A stretch of DNA of 64,000 nucleotides from Bacteroidota bacterium (GCA_034439655.1 JAWXAU010000091.1:1129-65128), one strand, 5' to 3'; counted from the stretch's first letter, positions 17,892 to 28,850 are shown. The notes: generated by a model not told the origin, from the letters alone. Numbers and translations are program-made.

Positions 17892-18803
17892 ATGAAATAT
17901 TTGAAAACCAAAGACAACTTTTTGGCCATTGAGGATGAGAAACTATATAGTTATGAAAATAGCAAAGTGGTGATACAGCAAGTTCCGTATGAATATACCA
18001 GCAGCTATTTAAGTGGTTCTCACAAAGGCCCAGCGGCAATGGTAAAAGCATCGCAGTTTGTGGAATTGTATGATGAAGAATTAGAACAAGAAAACTATAT
18101 AAAGATTGGTGGAATTTGCACCGTAAAAACTTTGGACTTTAAAAACAAAACCAATAAGAAAGCAGTTGATTATATAGAAGCAGAAACTACTAAATTATTA
18201 AACGATAATAAATATATAGTTTCTTTGGGTGCTGAGCATACTGTTACTTTAGGTTTTGTGAAAGCATTTTTAAAAAAATTTCCAAAACTCACTGTAGTGC
18301 AAATCGATGCCCACAGCGACTTACGTGACAGCTACGGTAATAATAAATTCTCGCATGCATCGGTAATGGCAAGAGTACATGAATTGGGTGTTAATTTGGT
18401 TCAAATTGGAATCCGGGCACAGTGCGTTGAAGAAGCTAACTTGATTAAAAATTCAAAAAATATTAGTACTTTTTATGCCCATCAAATTAGAAATAATATA
18501 AATTGGCAAGCAGATGTTTTGAAAGAAATTAAAGGCCCTGTATATTTAACGATAGATGCAGACGGCTTTGACCCGAGCATCGTGCCAGCAGTTGGCACTG
18601 CCGAACCTAACGGATTGTTATGGAACGAGACTATTATATTTTTGAAAGAATTATTTGCACAAAATGAGGTTGTAGGATTTGATGTAGTAGAAATTGCACC
18701 TACAAAAGCAAATATATTAACTGAGTATACGATGGCGAAACTTATATATAAATTGATAGGTTATCAGTCGTTAAAAACTCCCAATAAAAAATCAAAAAAA
18801 TGA
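17892..18803 (+). CDS. Arginase-family hydrolase (agmatinase or formimidoylglutamase-like)
   Basis: The start is probably the ATG at 17892, because the annotated upstream extension lies over the repeat cluster. Mn-binding motifs QIDAHSDLRD, DADGFDP and SHAS. Confidence 0.75.
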   Translation: MKYLKTKDNFLAIEDEKLYSYENSKVVIQQVPYEYTSSYLSGSHKGPAAMVKASQFVELYDEELEQENYIKIGGICTVKTLDFKNKTNKKAVDYIEAETTKLLNDNKYIVSLGAEHTVTLGFVKAFLKKFPKLTVVQIDAHSDLRDSYGNNKFSHASVMARVHELGVNLVQIGIRAQCVEEANLIKNSKNISTFYAHQIRNNINWQADVLKEIKGPVYLTIDADGFDPSIVPAVGTAEPNGLLWNETIIFLKELFAQNEVVGFDVVEIAPTKANILTEYTMAKLIYKLIGYQSLKTPNKKSKK

Positions 18804-19927
18804 ACCGTATTTATTTTGACAACGCCGCCACAACCCCTATCCATCCTGAGGTAGTGAAAGTAATGGCAGCAGCCATGACAGAACATTTTGGTAATCCTTC
18901 ATCCACCCATGCACATGGCAGGCAGGTGAAAACTTTATTGGAAGAAGCACGCAAAAAAGTAGCAACTATTTTGCATGTTACTCCAGGTGAAATATTTTTC
19001 ACATCAGGTGGTACCGAAGCTGATAATATGGCTTTGCGATGTTGCGTAGAAGACCTTGGTGTGAAGCATGCCATCAGCAGTAAAATAGAACATCACGCAG
19101 TATTACATACATTAGAAGAACTTGATAAAAAAGGAAAGATACAATTACATTTTGTGAATCTTTTGCCTAACGGACATATTGATATTGATCATTTAGAAGA
19201 ACTACTAAAGCAATATCCGGGTGCATTGGTGTCGTTGATGCATGCCAACAACGAATTGGGAAATATGATAGACTTGGATAAAGTATCACAATTGTGCACA
19301 GAAAATAATGCATACTTTCATTGCGATACCGTTCAAACCATTGGTCATTTTCCTTTAGATTTAAGTGTGACAAAAATTGATTTTATCGCATGTGCTGCCC
19401 ATAAATTTAATGGCCCCAAGGGAGTTGGATTTATATATATAAATAACCGTCTCAAAATTAATCCGCTAATAACAGGAGGCTCCCAAGAACGCAATATGCG
19501 AGGCGGTACCGAGAATGTATATGGTATCGTTGGATTGGCAAAAGCTTTGGAGATTGCTTATAACGAATTGGAACACGAAAAAGTACAAATTCTTGAAGTG
19601 AAAAACTATATGATGAAACGTATAAAGGAAGAAATTCCTAGTGTGCGTTTCAATGGTGACCCTGATGGTAGAAGTTTATATACTGTTTTAAATGTTTGTT
19701 TCCCTCCGAGTCCTGTGAGTGAAATGATGCTTTTTAAATTAGATATTGAAGGCATTTCGTGCAGTGGTGGCAGTGCTTGCAGCAGTGGTAGCAATGTAGG
19801 TTCGCACGTACTTGCAGCCATTGGTGTACCTGAGGATTGTAGCTCCGTTCGTTTTTCTTTTGGCAGACAAAACACGAAAGAAGAAGTTGATATTGTAGTT
19901 GGGAAATTGAAAGAGATGTTGGTGTGA
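18800..19927 (+). CDS. Cysteine desulfurase (class V aminotransferase, IscS/NifS family)
   Basis: 375 aa. YFDNAATTP...SGGTEADN...HKFNGPKGVGFIY (PLP lysine). Contains the active-site Cys loop (SGGSACSSG). The start overlaps the previous stop (ATGA). Confidence 0.85.
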   Translation: MNRIYFDNAATTPIHPEVVKVMAAAMTEHFGNPSSTHAHGRQVKTLLEEARKKVATILHVTPGEIFFTSGGTEADNMALRCCVEDLGVKHAISSKIEHHAVLHTLEELDKKGKIQLHFVNLLPNGHIDIDHLEELLKQYPGALVSLMHANNELGNMIDLDKVSQLCTENNAYFHCDTVQTIGHFPLDLSVTKIDFIACAAHKFNGPKGVGFIYINNRLKINPLITGGSQERNMRGGTENVYGIVGLAKALEIAYNELEHEKVQILEVKNYMMKRIKEEIPSVRFNGDPDGRSLYTVLNVCFPPSPVSEMMLFKLDIEGISCSGGSACSSGSNVGSHVLAAIGVPEDCSSVRFSFGRQNTKEEVDIVVGKLKEMLV

Positions 19928-20066
19928 GAGGAAGGAGGAGTAAGGAGTAAGTGGCTAAGGCGAAATAGGATTCGGGATTCAGTTCGCCGCCGACGAATGG
20001 GGGCTTCGCGAATAAATTAAAACAATGTACATTTTATAATAAGAAGTGTAAAAAAACATTAATGTA

Positions 20067-20411
20067 ATGAAGCAAGCAAAGCAAATTATTGTTGAAACAT
20101 TCTTATCTATACTTGTGTTTTTTTCTGTTTTTTTCTTAACAATATTATATCAAATAAATCCTCTCCACTATTTCAATAGTGGAGAAACCTATAGTCTTAA
20201 CCTTGGTTTTCCCTTTAAATATTATGAACAATTTTGGTTAACAGGAAGCAAAATACCGAACTCTAGTTGGTTTATTCAAAATTTAATTTATGACTGCTTG
20301 CTAACATTGATATTTGTTACTGGACTATATTTTTTAAAACCGAAAGTAAACACTCAAAAAAAAATGAAATTTTCGAAAATATTTCAAAAGTGGATCTTCC
20401 CCAATATATAA
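20067..20411 (+). CDS. Small hypothetical membrane protein (2 predicted TM helices)
   Basis: 114 aa. Flanked by imperfect inverted purine-rich repeats (19950-19985 versus 20440-20475). Confidence 0.4.
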   Translation: MKQAKQIIVETFLSILVFFSVFFLTILYQINPLHYFNSGETYSLNLGFPFKYYEQFWLTGSKIPNSSWFIQNLIYDCLLTLIFVTGLYFLKPKVNTQKKMKFSKIFQKWIFPNI

Positions 20412-20447
20412 GCTAAATCGATTCCAAAATTCCAATTCCAATATCCT

Positions 20448-20990
20448 ATGACTCCACGAATCCCGACTCCTGAATCCCATATCCCGTATTCGATTATTTC
20501 TGTCTTCAAGCAATACAAAGCCTTGGCAGAAAAAGCCATAGCCCAATTAGATGAAAAAGAATTGTTTTACTTGCCCGATCCTGAATCGAATTCGATAGCG
20601 ATAATTATGCGTCACTTGGCAGGAAATATGATAAGCCGCTGGACTGATTTTTTAACTACCGACGGGGAAAAACCAGATAGAAATCGTGATGCTGAGTTTG
20701 AGCAAGATGATTTAACAGAGGGAAAATTAATATTGTATTGGGAACAAGGATGGAAAGTTTTTTTGGACACGCTGCATAGCTTGCAACCTGATGATTTGCA
20801 AAAAACTATATATATTAGAAAAGAGCCATATACGGTGATGGAGGCTATTGCTAGACAATTGGCACATTATTCTTACCATATTGGGCAAATAGTTTTTATA
20901 GCTAAACACTTAAAAAATACAGATTGGAAAACCCTGAGTATAGCTAAAGGAAAATCTCAAGATTTTAACAATGAACTCATGGGAAAATGA
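20448..20990 (+). CDS. DinB/YfiT-like (DUF1572-like) protein
   Basis: 180 aa. The pattern ...YKALAEKAIAQLDEKELFY.PDPESNSIAIIMRHLAGNMISRWTDFLTTDGEK resembles the DinB_2/DUF1572 four-helix-bundle family. Exact start uncertain. Confidence 0.45.
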   Translation: MTPRIPTPESHIPYSIISVFKQYKALAEKAIAQLDEKELFYLPDPESNSIAIIMRHLAGNMISRWTDFLTTDGEKPDRNRDAEFEQDDLTEGKLILYWEQGWKVFLDTLHSLQPDDLQKTIYIRKEPYTVMEAIARQLAHYSYHIGQIVFIAKHLKNTDWKTLSIAKGKSQDFNNELMGK

Positions 20991-22051
20991 AGCTCCAAAT
21001 ATTTTCATACAAGCTACAATTTATACAAGCTGCTACTACCAGTCGCGGTAGTATGGATTTTCACCAAGTATATTATATACAAATTTCTGATGGTATAAAA
21101 AAAGGAATTGGTGAAGCTGGTCCACTCAAGGGTTTGAGTACAGACTATAATACTATTAAAGATGGCTTAAAACTACTTGCGGAGTATTATAATGATGGAG
21201 CTCCAGTTCAAGATATTCTTATATTATTAAATGATTTTCCTTCTGCAAAATTTGCTTTTGAAACCGCATTGTATGATTATAATAGCGGAGGAAGATATAT
21301 TATTTATGATACACCTTTTACTTCTGCAAATACACCCATAGAAACAAATGGACTTGTTTGGATGGCAGATAGCAAAACCATGTTGGACGAGGCTTTTAAG
21401 AAAGCTGAAGCTGGCTTTACAACTATAAAGTTTAAAGTAGGGTCTTTAGATTTTGACGAAGAGTGTAGAATGATTGAGCAACTCAGAAGGTATTATAATA
21501 GTTGGAAAATTACAATAAGATTAGATGCCAATGGAGCGTTTGCAAACAATGACGCATTAGAAAAGTTAAAAGAATTAAAACGTTTCGATATACATAGTAT
21601 CGAGCAACCTATTAAAGCAGGGCATTGGGATTTGATGGAAGAGCTTGTGAGCAAAACGCCCATAGATATTGCCTTAGACGAGGAGCTAATTGGCGTGAAT
21701 GTATATAATGATGCAGAGCCAATCCTGAAAAAAATTAAGCCACATTATATTATATTAAAACCAACTTTATTGGGTGGATTTACGAATTGCGAAGCATGGG
21801 TAAAGCTTGCAGAAAAATATTCTAAGGGTTGGTGGTCAACCTCAGCGTTAGAATCAAATATTGGATTGAACGCTATTGCCCAATGGGCTAGTAAATACAA
21901 AAGCCCTATGCCACAAGGATTGGGCACAGGGCTTTTATATAATAATAATCTTTTATCACCGCTTCTGTTGCACGATGGACATTTATTATATAATCCAGCA
22001 GGCAAATGGGGTGATTTAGAAACGCTCGAAGCTATTGAAAAAGAAGCTTGA
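20987..22051 (+). CDS. Enolase-superfamily enzyme, o-succinylbenzoate synthase / dipeptide epimerase (MR/MLE) type
   Basis: 354 aa. KFKVG...RLDANGAF...SIEQP...DEE metal-ligand pattern. Stop overlaps the convergent ndk by ~36 nt. Confidence 0.65.
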   Translation: MKLQIFSYKLQFIQAATTSRGSMDFHQVYYIQISDGIKKGIGEAGPLKGLSTDYNTIKDGLKLLAEYYNDGAPVQDILILLNDFPSAKFAFETALYDYNSGGRYIIYDTPFTSANTPIETNGLVWMADSKTMLDEAFKKAEAGFTTIKFKVGSLDFDEECRMIEQLRRYYNSWKITIRLDANGAFANNDALEKLKELKRFDIHSIEQPIKAGHWDLMEELVSKTPIDIALDEELIGVNVYNDAEPILKKIKPHYIILKPTLLGGFTNCEAWVKLAEKYSKGWWSTSALESNIGLNAIAQWASKYKSPMPQGLGTGLLYNNNLLSPLLLHDGHLLYNPAGKWGDLETLEAIEKEA

Positions 22052-22435
22052 TTCGATGGCGGCATTTTCGTCGCTATCGCTACCATGCACCGCATTTGCC
22101 TCAATCGATTTTGCATATAATTGACGGATAGTTCCAGCATCTGCTTTTTGAGGATCAGTAGCACCAATTACGATACGAAAATCAGCAACTGCACTTGATT
22201 TTTCTAATACTGCAGCCACTATGGGGCCGCTGCTCATAAAGCTAACAAGGTCATTGTAAAAAGGACGCTCACTATGCACTGCATAGAATTGGCCAGCTTG
22301 CTCTTTAGTTAACCAAAGATATTTCATTGCATTGATTTTGTAACCAGCATTGATAATGTGGTCAATAATTTTTCCTGTGTACCCATTGCTCACTGCATCG
22401 GGTTTAATCATGGTAAATGTGATGTTATCGCTCAT
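22016..22435 (-). CDS. ndk: Nucleoside diphosphate kinase
   Basis: 139 aa. [10 protein letters not shown]...NAVHGSDS (active-site His). Confidence 0.9.
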   Translation of the reverse strand: MSDNITFTMIKPDAVSNGYTGKIIDHIINAGYKINAMKYLWLTKEQAGQFYAVHSERPFYNDLVSFMSSGPIVAAVLEKSSAVADFRIVIGATDPQKADAGTIRQLYAKSIEANAVHGSDSDENAAIESSFFFNSFERF

Positions 22436-22511
22436 TGTATATTATAGTTTTTCGGGGTGCAAAAGTAGTTAAAATCAAGGAGAATGCCTTGCATTATCCC
22501 AAAAATTTGTT

Positions 22512-23300
22512 TTAGAGTTTGCCGTATTTGATTTTTCTTTTAAAGGCCAAAAAGCTCTCATCTCCTCTAATATCAAGGCGTTTTATCAAGTATTTGGGTT
22601 TCGGTTTTAGCTTGTTTATTTTGTTACCGATACGAAAAGCCGCTTTTATTTGTCGGTATTTCATGATGCTCTTCAATAGTCCAAAAGTTTTTTTCCTTCG
22701 GGGAAAGGCACCATAAGGATAAGCCCAAAAGGGTATATATTTTATTTCTAAATTATCAAGTGTTCTTTGGGCCGAAGCCATATCATCCTCCACCAGATTA
22801 ATCATCGAATTTCCATAATTTATATGTTTGTAGCAATGGATTGCAAGGTCAATATTACTAGGCAAAGATTTGAGTTGGTCGGCACCCATTATGGGCTCTT
22901 GTCCTTGATCCCATTCGTTTACACCCCCTATATATGCTGTAGGAACGAACACCATCGCTGGCATTTTATGATGGTTCAAAATTGGCAAAGCTTGTTCTAC
23001 AAAATTTTGATAAGCATCGTCGAAAGTAATCAAGACGCTGCGTTCGGGTAATTTGCTTTTGTCTTTGAGGCAAGTAAACAAATCGCCACCCGAAATAATA
23101 TGATAATTACATTGCCTAAGGTACGCCAAATGCTGCTCGAATATTTTTGTCGAAACACATAGTCCATCGTTTTGATCGGGTTTGATATGGTGGTACATCA
23201 AAACCCTAAAACCCTTGTGGGCCGGCATTAACGCAAAATAATAACAAAGTAAGATTATTATAATGGTGAGGAGAATAATGGGTAGGATATACGCTTCCAT
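22512..23300 (-). CDS. Polysaccharide deacetylase family protein (NodB-like) with an N-terminal TM anchor
   Basis: 262 aa. ITFDDAYQNF is the NodB catalytic motif. Confidence 0.65.
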   Translation of the reverse strand: MEAYILPIILLTIIIILLCYYFALMPAHKGFRVLMYHHIKPDQNDGLCVSTKIFEQHLAYLRQCNYHIISGGDLFTCLKDKSKLPERSVLITFDDAYQNFVEQALPILNHHKMPAMVFVPTAYIGGVNEWDQGQEPIMGADQLKSLPSNIDLAIHCYKHINYGNSMINLVEDDMASAQRTLDNLEIKYIPFWAYPYGAFPRRKKTFGLLKSIMKYRQIKAAFRIGNKINKLKPKPKYLIKRLDIRGDESFLAFKRKIKYGKL

Positions 23301-23347
23301 GGTCTAGTTTTGAGACACAAATAACAATGATTTTTGTGAACTATTTG

Positions 23348-23944
23348 TTACTTGCACCTTGCCGTATTGTCTGGGTCACGCTCGGTCCCAAACCATACAA
23401 CCGCATAGTTATCATATATGGAAATGCCTATTGCACGCCACTTCATAGTTTTCCAAATCCCTTTGTTTACGATTACCTCGTTATGTCCTTTGCTCTTTTG
23501 CCATGCCTCCAATGCTTTTTTGGGAGTCATCCCTGCCGAGTAATACGTCGCAATTTCAAAACCATCTCCTCGGTAGCTTGTCATCTCTCGTGGCTTGCCC
23601 CACATGCAACTTGCTTTTAAATGGTCGGGGGTGTAACAGCAACTTGACCAAATGCCATTATTGCTCCAGCTATGTAAGTTGCAAGGAGGTTTATTGGGAT
23701 TGAACATTTTCAAATCTAAAGTATGACTTAAGGCAACATAACAAAGAGAATTTGATAAAGATATCGTGTCTAGATCCAAGCTGTCGCGGTATTTCATAAT
23801 CATTTTGTACAATACTGTATCGGCTGCCGAGGGACAATAGCTTGTTGTTGGCGGGTTTGCTTTCTTCATTTTGAAATTGGCAAAAAGCAGCACCAAGCCT
23901 AGTAAAATAACAAAAGAAGTTATATATTTTATGGATGTTTTCAA
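23348..23944 (-). CDS. Hypothetical secreted protein (possibly CAP/SCP-like)
   Basis: 198 aa with a signal peptide. Weak GH..VIV..W resemblance to CAP domains. Confidence 0.35.
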   Translation of the reverse strand: MKTSIKYITSFVILLGLVLLFANFKMKKANPPTTSYCPSAADTVLYKMIMKYRDSLDLDTISLSNSLCYVALSHTLDLKMFNPNKPPCNLHSWSNNGIWSSCCYTPDHLKASCMWGKPREMTSYRGDGFEIATYYSAGMTPKKALEAWQKSKGHNEVIVNKGIWKTMKWRAIGISIYDNYAVVWFGTERDPDNTARCK

Positions 23945-25710
23945 AATTTCAAATTCTTATATTGATCAAATACGGCTTTATAATTTTCAGCAGAAAATAT
24001 AATTTCTGCTATGCTTGTTTTTTTGAATTTACGGTATAAATGTGTTTCCAGTTCGGTGTGATTATTAAGTTGAACATAGTCAAGGCCAAAATGTTTTGCA
24101 AGGTATTCAAAAGTCAGGCCATGTTTGTTTGCAAAATATTTTTCGAGGGGCATAATTGCTGTCGGCCCATCAATTAACTTAAAAATATTTCCACCATTAT
24201 TGTTTAAAATAAGTATAGCTAAATTAGGAGGAATATCATTGTTGAAAAATGCATTACTATCGTATTGAAAAGCCATATCGCCAGTAATCAAAAAATGTTG
24301 TTTATGTGGCTGTGCCATGGCCATACCCAAGGCAGTAGAATTACAACCATCAATTCCGCTAGTGCCGCGGTTACAGTATATTTCAAATTTTTGTGGGTTA
24401 CCTATAATATTTGCCCACCGCACGGCCATGCTATTTGCCAAATGAACAACGGCACCAACAGGAATATTTTCCATGATATTTTTGACCACGACCAATTCGT
24501 GCCATGATATATTTTTAATAAATGTATTAAAAGCCTCTTTGCCTTTATTAGAATGTTCTTGCCAAACATTATAATAATCCTGTTGTGATACGTTAATTTC
24601 AAAGGCTTCTTTAACTAAAAAATTTGTGCATATAGTATTTTCGATTGGCTTTTCAAAAAAGTCATACTCTGTTGCAAACGGACTTATATGCCAATGGTGA
24701 AAATAGTTCGTAGTTTGTATATAATTTTTTAGAACCTTTGAAGTATGGTTTCCACCTATAGTAATCACCAAGTCAGGAGCAAATAAATCTATGTCTTGTA
24801 TATTTCTGATGAGTAAATCAGTATGATACAAATCTGTTACTATATTACTTGTTACATCAGCAATAACTGGTATTTTGTGGTGTTTGGCAAAGTCGTAAAT
24901 TTGCTTTTTATCATAATTGTTATCCGACCCAAAGCCACACACCAAAAGTTTTTTTTGTGTATAGTCCCAGATAGGTTGTAACTCATCAATAACACTATTG
25001 GTAGTGCTATAAGGTGGTTCGGTTATTTTATATAACTTTGGCACTATAAAATTATCATATACAAATGGATAATCTGCAGGATAGAATGGCTCAATGAAAG
25101 GGAAATTGATATGCACCGGTCCAGGTTTTCCATCATATAGTAATTCAAATGCGGCAAGCATATTGGTGTTAAATAAATTGGAGTCGGTTATATTCACCGG
25201 CATTTGAAAAAAACCTTTTACCTGTTTCCCAAATATATTTTCCTGATTTATCGCTTGTCCGTCGAAATGCAGTGCAGCATTTGGTTCACGGTCGGCAGTA
25301 AATATTAGTAAAGGAATATTCTGATAGAATGCTTCTGCTGCTGCTGGGTATAAATTTGCCACGGCAGTGCCTGAAGTCGTAACAATCACGACTGGTTTTT
25401 TTGAAGCCTTAGCGAGACCCAACGCTATAAAACCGGCTGATCGTTCATCGTTGGCAGCAATACATCGTATCTCATTGTATCCCCCAAAGCTTAATGTAAG
25501 CGGGGCCGAGCGTGAACCTCCACACAAAATGGCAAATTCGACGCCCTGGCTTTTACACCATACAGGAAGTTTGTTTAATATATCATAATCCATCGGCGTG
25601 CAAAAATAATACTTCAAGTTGCAGAATATTTTTTTATCTTTCAAAACATTTTGTGCAATTTTGTAGTTGAAGTTATATGGAAGAAGAAACACCCTTGCCC
25701 AATCAATCAT
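23941..25710 (-). CDS. menD: 2-succinyl-5-enolpyruvyl-6-hydroxy-3-cyclohexene-1-carboxylate synthase (ThDP-dependent)
   Basis: 589 aa. ThDP-binding GDMAFQYDSNAF...NN and the length/architecture typical of MenD. Confidence 0.7.
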   Translation of the reverse strand: MIDWARVFLLPYNFNYKIAQNVLKDKKIFCNLKYYFCTPMDYDILNKLPVWCKSQGVEFAILCGGSRSAPLTLSFGGYNEIRCIAANDERSAGFIALGLAKASKKPVVIVTTSGTAVANLYPAAAEAFYQNIPLLIFTADREPNAALHFDGQAINQENIFGKQVKGFFQMPVNITDSNLFNTNMLAAFELLYDGKPGPVHINFPFIEPFYPADYPFVYDNFIVPKLYKITEPPYSTTNSVIDELQPIWDYTQKKLLVCGFGSDNNYDKKQIYDFAKHHKIPVIADVTSNIVTDLYHTDLLIRNIQDIDLFAPDLVITIGGNHTSKVLKNYIQTTNYFHHWHISPFATEYDFFEKPIENTICTNFLVKEAFEINVSQQDYYNVWQEHSNKGKEAFNTFIKNISWHELVVVKNIMENIPVGAVVHLANSMAVRWANIIGNPQKFEIYCNRGTSGIDGCNSTALGMAMAQPHKQHFLITGDMAFQYDSNAFFNNDIPPNLAILILNNNGGNIFKLIDGPTAIMPLEKYFANKHGLTFEYLAKHFGLDYVQLNNHTELETHLYRKFKKTSIAEIIFSAENYKAVFDQYKNLKF

Positions 25711-26087
25711 TGTCGCCTATCCCAATCCATGTGGGCTCAGCACTGATAAGGCCTGAAGACAAAGGCAAAATCACCTCGGTGGCTGTAGAGGCCATGAGTC
25801 ATTATGCGAACCAAGAAATTGATTTGCTGAGGCAGCAAGCGGAGCTCATTATGAAGCAAGTGCGTGAAATTGAAGAACGGGTAGGAGTTTCGCATCAAAT
25901 TTATCAAGCTGAAATGCGTTTCACTCCGAAAATTATGGGCGTTTATCATCTTTATGAAAAAAACGATGGCGTAAAATTATTAAGCTTGGTGGGCCCAAAT
26001 GAATGGGGCCGGTCGTTCCCCTACAAAAACCACGTAGCGAAGGTGAAATTATTGGGGGACCATACTTGGGAAGTAATTAGCAGTTAG
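25677..26087 (+). CDS. Conserved hypothetical protein (DUF2452-like)
   Basis: 136 aa. Its first codons overlap the divergent menD start. The true start may be the internal Met at ~25794. Confidence 0.4.
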   Translation: MEEETPLPNQSLSPIPIHVGSALIRPEDKGKITSVAVEAMSHYANQEIDLLRQQAELIMKQVREIEERVGVSHQIYQAEMRFTPKIMGVYHLYEKNDGVKLLSLVGPNEWGRSFPYKNHVAKVKLLGDHTWEVISS

Positions 26088-26159
26088 TGCTGCAATTTAT
26101 TTAATGGGATTTTATCGGTCTCTTTTTTGTACATTTGACTTTAAATTTGTAGTTAGGAT

Positions 26160-26900
26160 ATGAGACAATGTATATATATATATTTATTTTGTTTATTAAT
26201 TGGTTCGGCCGCAAAAGCTGAGTTGACAAGGTTTCCGTGCGAGGCTCAAGATTTGGATCAACTCAATTCTATCTTTTTTTTGAAACAAGGAACAGCTATT
26301 GAAACATCGCCAAATACGATCAAAAAGAAAATAAAAATTCGTGTACGTGCTTGGTTTGCCGATAGCATGGCCAATGATGAAACAATTAAGTCCCAAGCAA
26401 AATTTTACGATAGTTTGGGAAATGAAATTGGTAAAACGCTGCAAATTATTTCGCCCGAAAGATTTACCCGCAGCGATAATAATGGCAGGATAATGATAGA
26501 GCTTTTTGGCTTTATTAATGATTTTGTAGTGCTCACCGAAAGTAATATCGAATTCAAACTTAATACTTTTCTGAACAAACAAAAAAAAGAATATATATAT
26601 AATGATTTGAAAAAACATATTATAGAGAACAATTACTATAGATGGAATGTAGACAGTAATTTTGCGTCCTACGCAATTGATGAATACCCTGTGGATATAA
26701 TACATCCAGGTAAAAGAATCGTTTTAATTTTTGCCAAAGATGAACTCGTTGCTATTATATATTCGCGAAATTTAAAAATAAAATATTACGAATCGCAGGC
26801 CGAATCGAAACCCTATAAAATATATTATCTCAAAAAAATGCGGGATGATGACAAACGAAAAATTGCTGGGGTGTTTTTCAAACAAGTGCGAAGCAAATAG
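26160..26900 (+). CDS. Hypothetical secreted protein
   Basis: 246 aa with a signal peptide (LFCLLIGSAAKA). No recognisable domain. Confidence 0.5.
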   Translation: MRQCIYIYLFCLLIGSAAKAELTRFPCEAQDLDQLNSIFFLKQGTAIETSPNTIKKKIKIRVRAWFADSMANDETIKSQAKFYDSLGNEIGKTLQIISPERFTRSDNNGRIMIELFGFINDFVVLTESNIEFKLNTFLNKQKKEYIYNDLKKHIIENNYYRWNVDSNFASYAIDEYPVDIIHPGKRIVLIFAKDELVAIIYSRNLKIKYYESQAESKPYKIYYLKKMRDDDKRKIAGVFFKQVRSK

Positions 26901-26911
26901 TCTAGTGATTG

Positions 26912-26942
26912 TTGGACACTCGGTTTTTAAATCGTAAATTTG
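26912..26942 (+). promoter_or_regulatory. Bacteroidetes sigma-A type promoter for prfA
   Basis: TTG at 26912-14. Twenty nt downstream lies TAAATTTG (TAnnTTTG) at 26935-42, 27 nt upstream of the ATG. Confidence 0.4.
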
Positions 26943-26968
26943 CACCTTTATTTTTATAAAAAATCATT

Positions 26969-28042
26969 ATGCTCGAAAAACTGGAAGCCATTGCACAACG
27001 TCGCCAAGAGGTAGAAAACCTTTTGGGAGCAACGGATGTAATGCAAGATATGAAGCGTTTTGCCCAGTTGAATAAGGAATACCGCAGCTTGGAAAAATTT
27101 GTAATTATCTATCATGAATATAAGAATTTGATGGATAATATCGACAGCAGTAGGATGCTTTTAACCACAGAAAAAGACGCTGATTTCCGAGATATGGCCA
27201 AGGCCGAACTGGAAGAACTCGAAGAAAAGCGAGGGCCGATGGAAGATAAAATTCGTGATATGCTGATTCCCGAAGACCCTACCGATGAAAAGAATGCAAT
27301 CTTTGAAATACGTGCAGGAACAGGTGGTGACGAGGCATGTATATTTGTGGGAGATTTATTGCGTATGTATTTAAGATATTGCGATACTGCTGGTTTGAAA
27401 GCCGAAGTAATGGATACCAACTATGGTAGTGCTGGCGGTTATAGTAAAGTAACTTTTGAGGTAAATGGCGACCATGCTTATGGTATTCTAAAATATGAAT
27501 CGGGAGTGCATCGTGTGCAGCGTGTTCCCGCCACCGAAACACAAGGCCGCATACACACCTCTGCGGTGAGTGTGGTGGTATTGCCGCAGGTAGATGAAAT
27601 AGATGTGGATGTGAAAGAATCGGATATTCGTAAAGATACATTTTGCTCATCTGGCCCTGGCGGACAAAGCGTGAACACGACCTATTCAGCTATTAGATTA
27701 ACACATATTCCAAGTGGAATTGTAGCTCAGTGTCAGGATGAAAAATCGCAGATAAAAAACTATGAAAAAGCTTTGAAAGTTTTGCGTGCAAGAATATATG
27801 AAGTAGAGTATCAAAAATGGTTGGACGAAATTTCTAAAAAGCGTAAAACGATGGTATCTACAGGCGATCGCAGTGCAAAAATTAGAACCTATAACTATCC
27901 GCAAGGCCGTGTAACCGATCATAGAATAGGTTATACCATGTATAATCTTCCTTCATTTGTTGATGGAAATATTAATGAAGTATTGGACCAATTGCAGGTG
28001 CATGAAAATGCAGAAAAACTGAAAGAAGGTGTGGTTGCGTAA
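26969..28042 (+). CDS. prfA: Peptide chain release factor 1
   Basis: 357 aa. GGQ motif (SGPGGQSVNTT) and the RF1-type P(A)T tripeptide (RVPATETQGR). Confidence 0.9.
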   Translation: MLEKLEAIAQRRQEVENLLGATDVMQDMKRFAQLNKEYRSLEKFVIIYHEYKNLMDNIDSSRMLLTTEKDADFRDMAKAELEELEEKRGPMEDKIRDMLIPEDPTDEKNAIFEIRAGTGGDEACIFVGDLLRMYLRYCDTAGLKAEVMDTNYGSAGGYSKVTFEVNGDHAYGILKYESGVHRVQRVPATETQGRIHTSAVSVVVLPQVDEIDVDVKESDIRKDTFCSSGPGGQSVNTTYSAIRLTHIPSGIVAQCQDEKSQIKNYEKALKVLRARIYEVEYQKWLDEISKKRKTMVSTGDRSAKIRTYNYPQGRVTDHRIGYTMYNLPSFVDGNINEVLDQLQVHENAEKLKEGVVA

Positions 28043-28085
28043 TTGAATTTATTAATCATAAAAAACATTATAATATAATACAAAA

Positions 28086-28850
28086 ATGAGAACTAAAATT
28101 GTAGCAGGTAACTGGAAAATGAACAAGAATTTTCATGAAGGTTTGGAACTCACCAGCGAAATAAATGGTATGGTGAACGATGAAATTAATGGCAATGTAG
28201 AAGTAGTTTTAATCCCTACTTTTATACATTTGAACGCCATCAGTCAGCTTACCCAGGCAAGTAGCAAAGTAAGTACTGGAGCTCAAAATTGTCATACTGA
28301 AACATCGGGTGCTTATACAGGAGAAATTTCAGCTGCTATGATAGCTGCCGCTGGTTGTAAATATTGTTTGGCCGGGCATAGCGAACGTCGGTTATATAAT
28401 AATGAAACCAATGCGATACTTGCTAAGAAAGTAGATGCAATTTTAGCTAATAATTTGATGCCGATATATTGTTGTGGTGAAACTTTGGAAGAACGCAATG
28501 CAGGAAAACATTTCGATATTATAGGTTCTCAAGTAAAAGAAGGATTGTTTCATTTATCTAATGAGCAAATACTAAAATGTGTAATTGCATACGAACCTGT
28601 TTGGGCCATTGGTACAGGTGTTACCGCTTCAACCGCACAAGCACAAGAAGTGCATGCCTTTATCAGAAACTTATTGGTAGAAAAATATGGCAATGATATA
28701 GCATCACAAATCAGAATATTATATGGTGGCAGTGTGAAACCTGATAATGCCACAGAACTTTTCTCACAACCCGATATTGATGGCGGACTTGTAGGCGGTG
28801 CAGCACTGCAGTCACGCAGCTTTGTGGATATTGTGAAAGGTGCTTGTTAA
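28086..28850 (+). CDS. tpiA: Triosephosphate isomerase
   Basis: 254 aa. VAGNWKMN, GHSERR and AYEPVWAIGTG. Confidence 0.9.
   Translation: MRTKIVAGNWKMNKNFHEGLELTSEINGMVNDEINGNVEVVLIPTFIHLNAISQLTQASSKVSTGAQNCHTETSGAYTGEISAAMIAAAGCKYCLAGHSERRLYNNETNAILAKKVDAILANNLMPIYCCGETLEERNAGKHFDIIGSQVKEGLFHLSNEQILKCVIAYEPVWAIGTGVTASTAQAQEVHAFIRNLLVEKYGNDIASQIRILYGGSVKPDNATELFSQPDIDGGLVGGAALQSRSFVDIVKGAC

Noticed and set aside
22016-22051. 36-nt convergent overlap of the menC-like and ndk 3' ends as an annotation error
   Set aside because: Both C-termini look plausible (the ndk tail ...AAIESSFFF is typical for Bacteroidetes Ndk). Convergent overlaps of this size are common, so not flagged further.
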